Assembly: GCA_965369655.1 (NCBI GenBank)
Contig: CBDUQR010000030.1
Location: forward strand, 1-36,644
DNA: 36,644 nucleotides
Reading direction: 5' to 3'
From: an uncultured bacterium
GTDB lineage: Bacteria > Zixibacteria > MSB-5A5 > JAABVY01 > JAHJOQ01
The notes beneath the pieces are model-generated. The model ran no database searches. It was not told where the DNA came from and saw only the letters and a program-made list of their open reading frames with translations. The position numbers were made by a program, and so were the translations under genes. How positions within the stretch are numbered: the first letter of the stretch is position 1; each line of letters opens with the position of its first letter. Positions 1-9,661 of the stretch are shown one piece after another.

Positions 1-1462
1 TCGATTTCGGTTCAATGACGTCATCGACATAGCCGCGCTCAGCAGCCGTATATGGGTTCGCGAAACGCTCGCGGAATTCCGCTTCTTTCTCAGCAAGAGC
101 AGCTTCAGGGTCTTTCGCCCGTGAGATTTCTTTCTTGAATATAATCTCTACCGCGCCTTTGGGACCCATGACGGCAATCTCGGCGGTCGGCCAGGCGTAG
201 TTCATGTCGCCGCGAACATGCTTCGAGTTCATAACATCATACGCGCCGCCGTATGCCTTGCGTGTAATCACTGTGATTTTTGGCACTGTCGCCTCGCAGT
301 AGGCATACAGCAGCTTCGCGCCGTGCCTGATAATCCCGCCGAACTCCTGCACTGTCCCGGGGAGAAAACCGGGGACATCCTCGAAAGTCAGGATCGGAAT
401 GTTGAACGCATCGCAGAATCGGATAAACCGTCCAGCTTTGTCGGCTGAATCGATATCGAGCACACCCGCGAGGGCAGCCGGCTGGTTCGCGATAATGCCA
501 GTTGATCGTCCGCCGAGATATGCAAACCCGATCACGATGTTCTGCGCCCAGTCCGGCATGATCTCGAAGAAATCGCCATCGTCCATCACCCGCGTGATGA
601 CATCCCTGATATCGTACGGCTTGTTCGGATTGTCAGGCACGATATGGTTAAGCGCGGCATCCTCGCGATCATGCGGATCAGTCGTGTCTTTGTATGGCGG
701 GTCATCGATATTGTTCTGCGGGATGTAATTCAGGAGCTTTCTGGTCAGCAGCAGGGTCTCGGCTTCGTTGTTGCCGACGAGATGCGCGACGCCCGATTTG
801 CTCGCGTGTACCATTGCGCCGCCGAGTTCGTCGTATGTGACTTCCTCGTGAGTCACAGTCTTCACCACGTTGGGGCCGGTGACGAACATGTACGACGTTC
901 CCTTTGTCATCAGAATGAAGTCTGTGATAGCGGGGGAGTAGACCGCTCCGCCAGCGCATGGTCCGAGCACGACAGATATCTGTGGCACGACGCCGGATGC
1001 GAGCGTGTTTCGCAGAAAAATATCGGCGTAACCGCCGAGCGACACTACGCCTTCCTGGATTCGTGCGCCGCCGGAATCGTTGAGTCCCACAACCGGCGCA
1101 CCGACCTTCATCGCCATGTCCATGATCTTGCAGATTTTTTCGGCGTGAGCTTCGGAGAGAGAGCCGCCGAAAACTGTAAAATCCTGCGAAAACACAAAGG
1201 TGATCCTGTTGTTGATCAACCCGCAGCCAGTGACAACGCCATCGCCGAGATACTTCTGCTTGTCGAGTCCGAACGCACTCGAACGATGTGTCACGAACAT
1301 GTCAAACTCCTCGAATGTGCCTTTGTCGAGAAGCAGATCGAGTCTCTCGCGTGCGGTCAGTTTGCCCTTGTCGTGCTGCGCGTCGATTCTCTTCTGGCCG
1401 CCGCCAAGTTTGGCAGCTTCCTGTTTCTTTCTGAGGACTTCCAGTTTTTCTTCTATGGACAT
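1..1462 (-). CDS. pccB: Acyl-CoA carboxylase carboxyltransferase beta subunit (propionyl-CoA carboxylase / methylmalonyl-CoA carboxyltransferase family); 3' end runs off the window
   Basis: Both ends translated by hand from the minus strand. From ATG 1462: [40 protein letters not shown]. At the window edge, in the same frame: [20 protein letters not shown]. Absent from the ORF track because there is no stop in the window. Confidence 0.93.
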   Translation of the reverse strand, partial: MSIEEKLEVLRKKQEAAKLGGGQKRIDAQHDKGKLTARERLDLLLDKGTFEEFDMFVTHRSSAFGLDKQKYLGDGVVTGCGLINNRITFVFSQDFTVFGGSLSEAHAEKICKIMDMAMKVGAPVVGLNDSGGARIQEGVVSLGGYADIFLRNTLASGVVPQISVVLGPCAGGAVYSPAITDFILMTKGTSYMFVTGPNVVKTVTHEEVTYDELGGAMVHASKSGVAHLVGNNEAETLLLTRKLLNYIPQNNIDDPPYKDTTDPHDREDAALNHIVPDNPNKPYDIRDVITRVMDDGDFFEIMPDWAQNIVIGFAYLGGRSTGIIANQPAALAGVLDIDSADKAGRFIRFCDAFNIPILTFEDVPGFLPGTVQEFGGIIRHGAKLLYAYCEATVPKITVITRKAYGGAYDVMNSKHVRGDMNYAWPTAEIAVMGPKGAVEIIFKKEISRAKDPEAALAEKEAEFRERFANPYTAAERGYVDDVIEPKS

Positions 1463-1494
1463 GATGCTATCCTATCACTATCGTCAATGACGTA

Positions 1495-1846
1495 CCCACA
1501 CGCCTCTTCGCTCTGGGTGGGCTACGGGCTTTTTGCTCCTCGCAGTGACAATCGCTTAACCGTCGTCATTCCCGCGAAGGCGGGAATCCATTCTTTGATT
1601 CACGTCAGGAGCGCCCTTCGCCTGACTCAGGACTTCGCGGGGCTCCTGACCTACTCGGCAATCGTCTATGTCGATCCCACCCGCCGCTTCGCTCTGGGTG
1701 GGCTACGGGCTGACACGAGTCTGAGACGTCGTCATTCCCGCGAAGGCGGGAATCCATTCTTTGATTCACGTCAGGAGCGCCCTTCGCCTGACTCAGGACA
1801 TGCCCTTCGCAGTGCTCAGGACTTCGCGGGGCTCCTGACCTACTCG
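1495..1846. repeat. Composite REP cluster: two tandem ~170-bp units, each with a GTAG-type palindrome, a CGTC-type palindrome and a nested GTAG palindrome
   Basis: 1561-1633 is identical to 1727-1799 (73 bp). CGTCATTCCCGCGAAGGCGGGAATCCA at 1564-1590 and 1730-1756. CCCAC..GTGGGCTAC at 1495-1525 and 1676-1706. GTCAGGAGC..GCTCCTGACCTAC at 1604-1654 and 1770-1843. Confidence 0.9.
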
Positions 1847-1854
1847 CTACTCCG

Positions 1855-3000
1855 CTAACCTCGGAGCAAGTTGCCTGCGATTACGAGGCGCTGGATCTCG
1901 GATGTACCCTCATATATCTCAGATACTCGCTGATCGCGGTACAGTTTCTCGATCGGCGAGAACTCGCCTATGTAACCATAGCCTGAGTGTATCTGCATTG
2001 CTTTATCGACGCAGAAATTAGCCGCTTCGGCGGCGAAAAGCTTGGCCTGCGCCGCTTCGAGGCTGAAACGTACGCCTGCGTCCTGAAGCTCGGCGGCTTT
2101 GTAGGTCATCAACCGCGCCGCTTCGGTCCTCGTCGACATGTCAGCAATCATCCATTGGATAGCTTGCAGTTTGGCGATGGGCGATCCGAACGCAATGCGT
2201 TCTTTCGCATACTTGACAGTCTCGTCGAGAGCACGCTGGCAGATACCGGTCGCTTGTGCAGCGATACCGATTCTGGCGCCGTCGAGCGTCATCATCGCGT
2301 ACTTGAATCCTTTGCCTGCCTCGCCGAGCAGGTTTGATTTCGGTACTTTGACATCTTTGAACCAGAGGCGACCCGTCGTGGCGTACTTCATGCCCATCTT
2401 GTGCATGAGAGTCTCCGCCCTGATGCCGTCCTGCTTGAGATCAACGATTACCGCCGAGACCTTGTCACGGATGCCATCTTCCTGTATTTTGCCGAAGACC
2501 ACCCCGACATCCGCGACATCACCGTGCATGATGAATATCTTTTCGCCGTTGATGACGAAATTGTCGCCATCGATGCCGAATGTGGTCTGCTGATTTGCGG
2601 CGTCGGAACCAGCATTCGGTTCGGTCAGCGCAAACGCCGGTATCAGTTCACCCTTTGCGGCTTTCGGGATGATCGCCTTCTTCTGTTCGTCGGTGGCATG
2701 CTTGGTGATCGGATCGACAGCCAGTTGCGACACTGCCGCCAGCAGCGATGATGGAGCATCCCAGTACGCGATTTCCTCGATCATGGTAGCGTATTCGAGA
2801 GCAGTCTTACCGCCGCCGCCATATTCGGTCGGCATGTTGAAACCAACGCAACCCTTGTCGGCCAGTATCTTGAATATGTCGTGACAGAACGCGTCCGGTT
2901 TGCGATCCCACTCATATCCAATCCTCTGGATATCCGGCCCGATCTCCTTGACCATATCCCTGACCGGCTGCTGAATCTTATCGTTTACATTGTAGGCCAT
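1855..3000 (-). CDS. Acyl-CoA dehydrogenase (short/branched-chain, butyryl-CoA dehydrogenase-like)
   Basis: Motifs FALTEPNAGSD, INGEKIFI, ERIAFGSPI, IHSGYGY, IYEGTSEIQR. RBS AAGGAGG upstream. Confidence 0.95.
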   Translation of the reverse strand: MAYNVNDKIQQPVRDMVKEIGPDIQRIGYEWDRKPDAFCHDIFKILADKGCVGFNMPTEYGGGGKTALEYATMIEEIAYWDAPSSLLAAVSQLAVDPITKHATDEQKKAIIPKAAKGELIPAFALTEPNAGSDAANQQTTFGIDGDNFVINGEKIFIMHGDVADVGVVFGKIQEDGIRDKVSAVIVDLKQDGIRAETLMHKMGMKYATTGRLWFKDVKVPKSNLLGEAGKGFKYAMMTLDGARIGIAAQATGICQRALDETVKYAKERIAFGSPIAKLQAIQWMIADMSTRTEAARLMTYKAAELQDAGVRFSLEAAQAKLFAAEAANFCVDKAMQIHSGYGYIGEFSPIEKLYRDQRVSEIYEGTSEIQRLVIAGNLLRG

Positions 3001-3039
3001 TGTCCCTCCTTAACATTCTTGTTGTTTTTTCAGGCAGGC

Positions 3040-3068
3040 AATTTACACAATGTCGATCTGACGCGCAA
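3040..3068 (-). promoter_or_regulatory. Putative sigma70 promoter for the acyl-CoA dehydrogenase gene
   Basis: TTGCGC-N17-TAAATT on the minus strand, with TGTG before the -10. Confidence 0.4.
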
Positions 3069-3156
3069 GCTGTTTACTGCCGCATATCGCATCATTGATG
3101 GGATTTGGACCGGCGTGGTATTTCCGGCCTTTTCTCTTTTGCGCTTGCGAAATGCC

Positions 3157-3185
3157 TTGCGCCTCCTGTCTGTGTTTCATAACAT
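3157..3185 (+). promoter_or_regulatory. Putative sigma70 promoter, possibly giving a leaderless mRNA for the gene at 3192
   Basis: TTGCGC-N17-TAACAT ending 6 nt before the GTG start; no Shine-Dalgarno. Confidence 0.35.
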
Positions 3186-3191
3186 CTATTC

Positions 3192-4157
3192 GTGTCGAAG
3201 TTTCAGAAAGCAGATTTGAGCAAAGTCAAGCGCTACTCTATTCGTGAGCGGCAGAGCAAGGTTACGACCGATCTGTTCGGCAAACCGCTCAGTGACGGCA
3301 GCGCGACACGACTGCTGGAGTCGCTGCCCGGTTTCCTGAAAGCTGACGATCTGCGGTCTCTGGTCGCAGCTTGTGCCGAGGCGGTTCGGAGCAATCGCCG
3401 CATAATTCTCATGTCGGGCGCGCACACTCTCAAGGTCGGTCTGTCGCTGATCTTCATCGATTTCCTGAAATTCTATGGCAATGTTCATTTCGCGACCAAC
3501 GGCGCAGGGTTGATCCATGACCTGGAGATTGCCTTCTTCGGCTCGACCTCTGAAGACGTTGAGGAGAATCTCAGGGACGGCAGCTTTGGCATGGTCGAGG
3601 AAACCGCGCGGCTCTTTTCTGATGTGCTCTCGATTGCCGATTCGAGGCGTGTGGGTCTCGGAGAAGCTGCTGGAATCTTGATCGAGAGGGAATCACCTCA
3701 GTTCGCTGAGTTCTCCATCGCATACAATTGGTACAGGATGGATGCCCCATACACGCTGCATGTCACGATGGGAACCGACATAGTCTGCCAGCATCCGGAG
3801 TACGACGGCGCCAAAGCTGGTCGTGCATCTCACGACGACTTCCAGATATTCTGCGATTCAGTCTGCCGGATCGGCGACGGGGGAGTGGTTGTGAATATCG
3901 GATCGGCGGTCACCATGCCGGAGGTTTTTCTCAAGGCTCTCTCGGTTGCGAAGAACCTCCACCCTGAACTGACCGGTTTCACCACTGCGAATTTCGATAT
4001 GATCCAGCATTATCGACCGAATATCAATGTGGTCGGACGACCGCAGGTCCTGGGTGCGAAAGGATTCAGCATAACGGGTCATCATGAGATCATGATACCG
4101 TTGTTTCTCGCAGCCGTGAAAGAATCTGCCACTCAGATTCGTCCAGAGTCCCTGTAA
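3192..4157 (+). CDS. Conserved hypothetical protein, deoxyhypusine-synthase-like (GSU2086-like)
   Basis: 321-aa ORF with MSGAH..KVGL, ATNGAGLIHDLE, GTDIV.QHP..DGA..G and NIGSAVTMPEVFLKAL. Confidence 0.75.
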   Translation: MSKFQKADLSKVKRYSIRERQSKVTTDLFGKPLSDGSATRLLESLPGFLKADDLRSLVAACAEAVRSNRRIILMSGAHTLKVGLSLIFIDFLKFYGNVHFATNGAGLIHDLEIAFFGSTSEDVEENLRDGSFGMVEETARLFSDVLSIADSRRVGLGEAAGILIERESPQFAEFSIAYNWYRMDAPYTLHVTMGTDIVCQHPEYDGAKAGRASHDDFQIFCDSVCRIGDGGVVVNIGSAVTMPEVFLKALSVAKNLHPELTGFTTANFDMIQHYRPNINVVGRPQVLGAKGFSITGHHEIMIPLFLAAVKESATQIRPESL

Positions 4158-4168
4158 TCATCAGAACC

Positions 4169-4257
4169 GTAGGTCAATCGGCCTGCCCGATTGACGTCTT
4201 ATCCAATTGTCAAGTGCTCTTCGCAAGTCTCAGGACAGGCGAGCGCGCTTAACCTAC
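4169..4257. repeat. Inward-facing GTAG-type REP doublet
   Basis: GTAG-GTCAATCGG-cctgc-CCGATTGAC at 4169-4195. 4201-4257 ends in CTAC and matches 32223-32279 at 54 of 57 nt. Confidence 0.8.
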
Positions 4258-4408
4258 GCTGACTTATCTGACTTTGCGAGTCATAATTACTAATAAACTG
4301 GGCTTCGCTGTCGAATATAATAGTGAAGATCAGCAAGGCGGGCGGATGTGATCGCCGGGGCGTTTGCGGCGCAGACATGACGACCTGTCGAAACGAAGGA
4401 GAATCATA

Positions 4409-4759
4409 ATGACAGCGGATGAAATCAGTCAGAGCAGGCAGAAACTGAGCGAAGCCCTTGCTCTTCTCGAAGAGGCGGCCAAGCACAAGAAGGACGAACT
4501 CCAAAGCGTGGTGACCGACAAGTACGGGAATGTGAAAGACTTCTTTTCAAACAAAGAAGATGCGGCGTCGGAAGCTATCAAGAAGGCGCGCGAATACGCC
4601 ACCGAGAAAGCTCAGCACGCAAGAGATGTCGGTACAGAGAAAGTTAAAGAAGTCGGTGGCGCCGTTGATGAAGAAGTACACAGAAATCCCTGGCCGTACA
4701 TAGGTGGCGCAGCCCTTGGCGCTCTCATGCTCGGATTCATACTCGGAAGGAAAAGCTAA
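4409..4759 (+). CDS. ElaB/YqjD/DUF883 family tail-anchored membrane protein
   Basis: Helical charged N-terminus and C-terminal VHRNPWPYIGGAALGALMLGFILGRK. AAGGAG RBS before ATG 4409, preferred over the ORF-track start at 4364. Confidence 0.88.
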   Translation: MTADEISQSRQKLSEALALLEEAAKHKKDELQSVVTDKYGNVKDFFSNKEDAASEAIKKAREYATEKAQHARDVGTEKVKEVGGAVDEEVHRNPWPYIGGAALGALMLGFILGRKS

Positions 4760-4762
4760 GCA

Positions 4763-5155
4763 TTGAGGGAAATCCTGAAGCAAATGCTGCGCGAATTCGT
4801 CGACAGGCTGGTGGCTGAAAGCAAGTCTGCGTCACTCGATCTGATAAAGATTAAAGCTGTCGCGGTCTATCTAAAGATCGTCGACAGCGTGCGGAAATCA
4901 GTGCTGGGCGGAGTTCTACTCCTCCTGGCACTCATGCTTCTGGTGATCGGTTTCGTTGCTCTGCACATTGGCGCATTCATTCTCATTGATATGAGCCTCA
5001 GAACAATCGGGATCGTGGCGCTCTGCCTTGGCGCTGTGTATTTCCTAGTGCCGCTTGTCGTGATCCTCAAGCTGACCTCGGAGAAGACCTGGATGAAGAT
5101 ATCGAAAAGCTCCAGGCTCGTAAATGACGTCCTGTCTCCGCGCCGCGGACGGTAG
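4763..5155 (+). CDS. YqjE-like two-TM membrane protein (holin superfamily III-like)
   Basis: 130 aa with two hydrophobic helices, directly after the DUF883 gene as in yqjDE. Confidence 0.65.
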   Translation: MREILKQMLREFVDRLVAESKSASLDLIKIKAVAVYLKIVDSVRKSVLGGVLLLLALMLLVIGFVALHIGAFILIDMSLRTIGIVALCLGAVYFLVPLVVILKLTSEKTWMKISKSSRLVNDVLSPRRGR

Positions 5156-5179
5156 GATCGGACACGCCCCCCAAAGGCT

Positions 5180-5208
5180 TTGACACCCTGCCCATAAATT
5201 CCTATATT
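5180..5208 (+). promoter_or_regulatory. Sigma70 promoter of the ftcD cluster
   Basis: TTGACA-N17-TATATT. Confidence 0.65.
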
Positions 5209-5337
5209 CATGCACTCTGATCTCGGAGATCGAGTGTGATGGTCTCCGAAATTGATTTTCCGTTCGTCCTGTGATTGTGGGCGGCGAGTTAGATTGAATA
5301 CATGACGAGTTAAACTGCATAATACCGGACTGAGGCA

Positions 5338-6870
5338 ATGGCGAAATTAGTCGAAGTAATACCGAATTTTTCCGAAGGGCGACGTCCCGAAGTCCTCGAT
5401 GAGATTATCAATGCGATTCTGTCTGTGGATGGCGTTGTGCTCCTCGACAGAGAGATGGACGCTGATCACAATCGCGCGGTCGTCACATATGTGGGCGAAC
5501 CGCAGGCTGCCGTCGAGGCCGCGTTCAGGGGAATCAAGAAAGCATCCGAGGTACTCGATATGTCGACACACGAGGGGGAGCATCCGCGCATGGGCGCTAC
5601 CGATGTCTGCCCGTTTGTACCTATCTCGGAAGTGACCAGGCAGGATTGCATCGAGCTCGTTAAGCAGCTCGGCGAAAGAGTCGGCAGTGAGCTCGACATT
5701 CCTGTTTATCTATACGAACTCGCCGCTTCTCGTCCGGAGAGGGTTAATCTCGCCGACGTTCGCAGCGGTCAGTATGAGGGAATGTGCAAGGAAGTAGGCA
5801 CGAACCCTGATCGAGATCCTGACTACGGCCCGGCGAAGATGAACATCAAGGCCGGCGCTACCGCCATCGGCGTTCGCCTGCCTCTCGTGGCTTACAATAT
5901 CTATCTCGACACGCCGTATGTGAGCATTGCCAGGAAGATCGCCAAAGCGATAAGATCGCGCTCAGGTGGTTACATGTACTGCAAGGCGCTCGGGTTCGAG
6001 ATCAAAGAACGGAACCAGGCGCAGGTCTCGATGAATCTGGTCAACTACAAGAAGACTCCGATATTCCGAGTGTTTGAGTCTATCAAATCTGAAGCGGACC
6101 GTTATGGCGTGAGGGTGACATCATCTGAGATTATCGGGTTGGTTCCAAACGACGCGCTTGTCGCGGTATCGGATTTCTATCTCAAGCTGGAGAACTTCTC
6201 GAAGGATCAGATACTGGAAGAGAAGCTGCAGAAGAGCATGGAAGCCCAGACGACCAGCCGGGGGATAATTGGCTTCGTGGAGAGTGTGGCGTCATCGTCG
6301 CCGGCTCCGGGCGGCGGATCGGTTTCTGCGTGCGCTGGTACGCTGGCGGCAGCGCTGACTGCAATGGTATGCAGGCTTACGATCGGGAAGAAGAAATACA
6401 AAGATGTTCAAGATGCCATATCCGACGCGCTGAAGAAAGCCGATGCGCTCAAGGATAAGCTCTATGGATTCATACAGGAAGATGCAGACGCCTTCGACTC
6501 TGTCATGGTCGCGCGGAGGCTGCCGAAAGACACTGACGATCAGAAAGCGGCTCGGCTCACGGCGATCCAGAAGACGACTATCATCGCCGCCGAGGTGCCG
6601 CTGAAAGTCATGGAGGCATCGCTTGAGGCGATCAGGCTGGCCCATATTGCCGCCGAGAACGGGAATATCAATTCCGTGTCGGACGCAGGATGTGCTGCGC
6701 TGAATGGACGCGCTGCGGTATTCGGAGCATATCTTAATGTCATGATAAATCTGCCGGGGATTGATGACGAGTCCGAACGAAAGAGAATTCAAGGTGCTGC
6801 GGAGAAGATAAAGACAGAAGCGGAGTCCCTGGCACAAACGATCTACGATCTTGTTCTATCCAAAGTATGA
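5338..6870 (+). CDS. ftcD: Bifunctional glutamate formimidoyltransferase / formimidoyltetrahydrofolate cyclodeaminase
   Basis: Transferase motifs LVEVIPNFSEGRR, DADHNRAV, HPRMGATDVCPFVP, AQVSMNL. Cyclodeaminase motifs SSSPAPGGGSVSA and GNINSVSDAG. Confidence 0.96.
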   Translation: MAKLVEVIPNFSEGRRPEVLDEIINAILSVDGVVLLDREMDADHNRAVVTYVGEPQAAVEAAFRGIKKASEVLDMSTHEGEHPRMGATDVCPFVPISEVTRQDCIELVKQLGERVGSELDIPVYLYELAASRPERVNLADVRSGQYEGMCKEVGTNPDRDPDYGPAKMNIKAGATAIGVRLPLVAYNIYLDTPYVSIARKIAKAIRSRSGGYMYCKALGFEIKERNQAQVSMNLVNYKKTPIFRVFESIKSEADRYGVRVTSSEIIGLVPNDALVAVSDFYLKLENFSKDQILEEKLQKSMEAQTTSRGIIGFVESVASSSPAPGGGSVSACAGTLAAALTAMVCRLTIGKKKYKDVQDAISDALKKADALKDKLYGFIQEDADAFDSVMVARRLPKDTDDQKAARLTAIQKTTIIAAEVPLKVMEASLEAIRLAHIAAENGNINSVSDAGCAALNGRAAVFGAYLNVMINLPGIDDESERKRIQGAAEKIKTEAESLAQTIYDLVLSKV

Positions 6871-7709
6871 AAAGATACGCCGATCTACACGTACACACGA
6901 ATCATTCCGACGGCGTTTTGTCTCCGGAACAGGTCGTGACGAAGGCTGTTGAGGCCGGGCTGAAGGTCCTTGCAATCTCAGATCACGACACTGTGACCGG
7001 ATATTTGGAGGCGATCGAATATGCCGATCGGGCGGAACTTACGCTTATTCCGGCTGTAGAACTTTCGACCGCGCTTGAAGGCACAGAGCTGCACATCCTC
7101 GGATACCTGATCGACTGTAATGAAGACGACTTCGTTGGAAGGATTAAAGAATTTCGTGATGACAGGTTGTTGCGGGGTGAGAAGATCATACAAAAGCTGA
7201 ATGAACTGGGCATTGATCTGTCGATGGAGACGGTCAAGCGAATTGCCGGCGACGCGGTGCTCGGACGCCCCCATTTCGCGGACGCCCTCGTGAAGGAAGA
7301 ATATGTCAGGGGTTTCGACGAGGCTTTCGCGAGGTATCTCGGATACCACGGGCCGGCGTATGTTCCGAAATATCACATGACGCCGCAGGAAGGCATAGAA
7401 TTGATCCATCATGCATCAGGTGTGGCCGTACTTGCGCATCCGGGACCAATGGGCCGGGATGATATCCTGCCTGAGCTGGTCAAGGCCGGTCTCGATGGAA
7501 TCGAGGCCATATATCCGATGCACAACTATCACGCCACAGAGAAATACAAGAAATTTGCCGCAGATTTCGGCCTGATTGTTACCGGCGGGTCGGACAGTCA
7601 CGGCAGAAAAAACGACAAAGCGGCCATAGGTTCTATTACGGTTCCAAAGGAGTGTTATGACGGTTTGCTACGGGCAAAAATGACCAATATGACCAGGGAG
7701 CCAAAGTGA
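6867..7709 (+). CDS. PHP-domain metal-dependent phosphoesterase (TrpH/YciV/RNase AM family)
   Basis: DLHVHTNHSDG, AISDHDT, HILGY, GRPH, LAHP, GGSDSHG. 4-bp overlap with ftcD. Confidence 0.92.
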   Translation: MKRYADLHVHTNHSDGVLSPEQVVTKAVEAGLKVLAISDHDTVTGYLEAIEYADRAELTLIPAVELSTALEGTELHILGYLIDCNEDDFVGRIKEFRDDRLLRGEKIIQKLNELGIDLSMETVKRIAGDAVLGRPHFADALVKEEYVRGFDEAFARYLGYHGPAYVPKYHMTPQEGIELIHHASGVAVLAHPGPMGRDDILPELVKAGLDGIEAIYPMHNYHATEKYKKFAADFGLIVTGGSDSHGRKNDKAAIGSITVPKECYDGLLRAKMTNMTREPK

Positions 7710-9661
7710 AAAATCTAATGATTACGATTGCAGTCTTATTGCTTGCGCTGAATTCATATTCAATTGCGGATCCTCTTACGGTGGAACAGAACATCGCGTT
7801 GAAATCTATCCTGTTGGGATGGATGGGTGAACAACCATTGTCATCTTCTGCACTCTCGGATTTTATCGGCTATGAGCCGGTGAAATGCGGTACGCCGGCA
7901 GCGCTGTCTATTCGCCAGATGGTTGCGAACGCTTCACTCGATGTACAGGAGACATATCGGGCGTTTACCGAGCAGAGGTTCGATCAGTTCGCGCCACTGA
8001 CCGCCGGATCACCCGGCGGGCATTTCCTGATCCACTACGCATCATCGGGAGTGCACAAGCCATATCAGTTCGGTTCTCAGCAGGACAACGATGGAAACGG
8101 AGTTCCGGATTATATCGATTCGGCTGGGATTATTCTCGAAAATGTCTGGACTACCGAGATCGGTTCGCTAGGCTACAATGAGCCACCGAGCGACGGCTTC
8201 TATCCATCGGGAGTGGATGACCGATACGACGTCTATGTTTTCGATATTGCTACCGGACTCGGTTTCAGTAACGTGTATGGCGTCACGTATCAGGATTCGG
8301 TCTTCCTGGTTGGTCAGGCGATAAAGGCTACCAGTTTCATAGTTCTCGAAAACGACTATTCGAGTATAGACATTTATGTTGATCGCCCACTCGCCGCATT
8401 GCGGGTGACGGCGGCTCATGAGTTTTTCCACGCGATACAGTTTGGTTACGATCCCGGGGAGTTCGAGTTCGACGAAATGTTGCAGGAGCAACGTCATCAC
8501 TGGCTCGAAATGTCCGCAGTCTGGATGGAAGAACAGGTCTACGACGACATCGATGACTATTACTATTACTTAGGCTGGTTCGCAAACTATACATATCTCA
8601 CGCTGAGGACTTCGCGTCAGACTATGTATCCGGGAGTAGTATATCAGTATGCAGCAATGCTATGGCCGCTCTACCTGTCGGAGAAATTCGGTCAGGATAT
8701 TGTGCGGGTCATCTGGGAGAAATGCGCCGAGGATGCTCCGAAGGCGAACGCATTTCAGAACGCATTTGAAGATGCAATCGTGGAAGTTTCAAATGGTGAG
8801 TACAATTTCGGCTCCGCGCTCTCGGAGTTCTATATGTGGTACTATTTCACCGGTGCGAGAGCGATAGCGGGATTTGGATACGAAGAAGCCGAATATTACC
8901 CGCGAATTCCTGAATTTCCATCTGAAGAATTAGGCAACATCCAGACTTACACGAATCTACCGCTCGTCGATTTCAGCCCTGACTCCATCGGTTTCAGCAA
9001 CTGGCCGGACTACCTCGGTGCCAACTACCTGAGATTTATTCCGGAGAATATCGACTCGATGAGGTTCACTCTTGATGGCGAGGTCATGCGGGTCAAACAT
9101 CACGACAGGGATACAGTCGACTTCGTCTGGAATATACGATACGCAAAACGCAATCCCGGTACAGGTGTCGAGATGAGTGAAAACGCTTTTGGCAATTACC
9201 AGCAGTTCACAATCAGCGACATAGGCCAGGCATCGGAAGTAATAGTCGTTCTCATGCCGTATGCCGAGTCGAAATACAGCTGGCTGCATGAGAATGTCAA
9301 ATACAAGTTCACTGTACCTGATACCTCAAGTCGCACTGTTAGTTTGATGGCATTTCAAGATCCTTATCCAAATCCATTCAAGACTGACGAGGCAAGTGAA
9401 GTGGTCTTCAAATTCTCTGTTCCCGAAGTTGTCAGGCAACAGGTTCAGTTGAGTGTTTTCACGTTGGCCGGAGAGAAGATATACAGTCGGTTCTATGGGA
9501 TTACAGAAACCGAGCCGTATGGACAGGATGCTGAGACTGATCGATGGATTTCGTGGGATGCCACAAACGACAGTGGCAGTCGAGTAGCTTCCGGGTTGTA
9601 TCTCGTACATCTGACCGTCGATGACGAGTCCAGGGTCTTCAAGGTTGCCGTCATCGAATGA
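7706..9661 (+). CDS. Secreted zinc metalloprotease (MXAN_6640-like) with C-terminal FlgD-Ig/T9SS-like sorting domain
   Basis: Signal peptide; KCGTP; HFLIHY; TAAHEFFHAIQ followed by WLEMSAVWMEE; C-terminal PYPNPF...WDATNDSGSRVASGLYLVHL. Confidence 0.8.
   Translation: MKNLMITIAVLLLALNSYSIADPLTVEQNIALKSILLGWMGEQPLSSSALSDFIGYEPVKCGTPAALSIRQMVANASLDVQETYRAFTEQRFDQFAPLTAGSPGGHFLIHYASSGVHKPYQFGSQQDNDGNGVPDYIDSAGIILENVWTTEIGSLGYNEPPSDGFYPSGVDDRYDVYVFDIATGLGFSNVYGVTYQDSVFLVGQAIKATSFIVLENDYSSIDIYVDRPLAALRVTAAHEFFHAIQFGYDPGEFEFDEMLQEQRHHWLEMSAVWMEEQVYDDIDDYYYYLGWFANYTYLTLRTSRQTMYPGVVYQYAAMLWPLYLSEKFGQDIVRVIWEKCAEDAPKANAFQNAFEDAIVEVSNGEYNFGSALSEFYMWYYFTGARAIAGFGYEEAEYYPRIPEFPSEELGNIQTYTNLPLVDFSPDSIGFSNWPDYLGANYLRFIPENIDSMRFTLDGEVMRVKHHDRDTVDFVWNIRYAKRNPGTGVEMSENAFGNYQQFTISDIGQASEVIVVLMPYAESKYSWLHENVKYKFTVPDTSSRTVSLMAFQDPYPNPFKTDEASEVVFKFSVPEVVRQQVQLSVFTLAGEKIYSRFYGITETEPYGQDAETDRWISWDATNDSGSRVASGLYLVHLTVDDESRVFKVAVIE

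Noticed and set aside
1495-1846. CRISPR array
   Set aside because: Only two long units with shared internal sequence, no unique equal-length spacers and no cas genes.
644-1858. 404-aa plus-strand ORF
   Set aside because: Antisense shadow of pccB running into the REP cluster; VIPAKAGIH and QDFAGLLTYS are translated repeats.
4763-5155. Prophage holin
   Set aside because: Context is yqjD/yqjE-like, with no endolysin, integrase or other phage genes.
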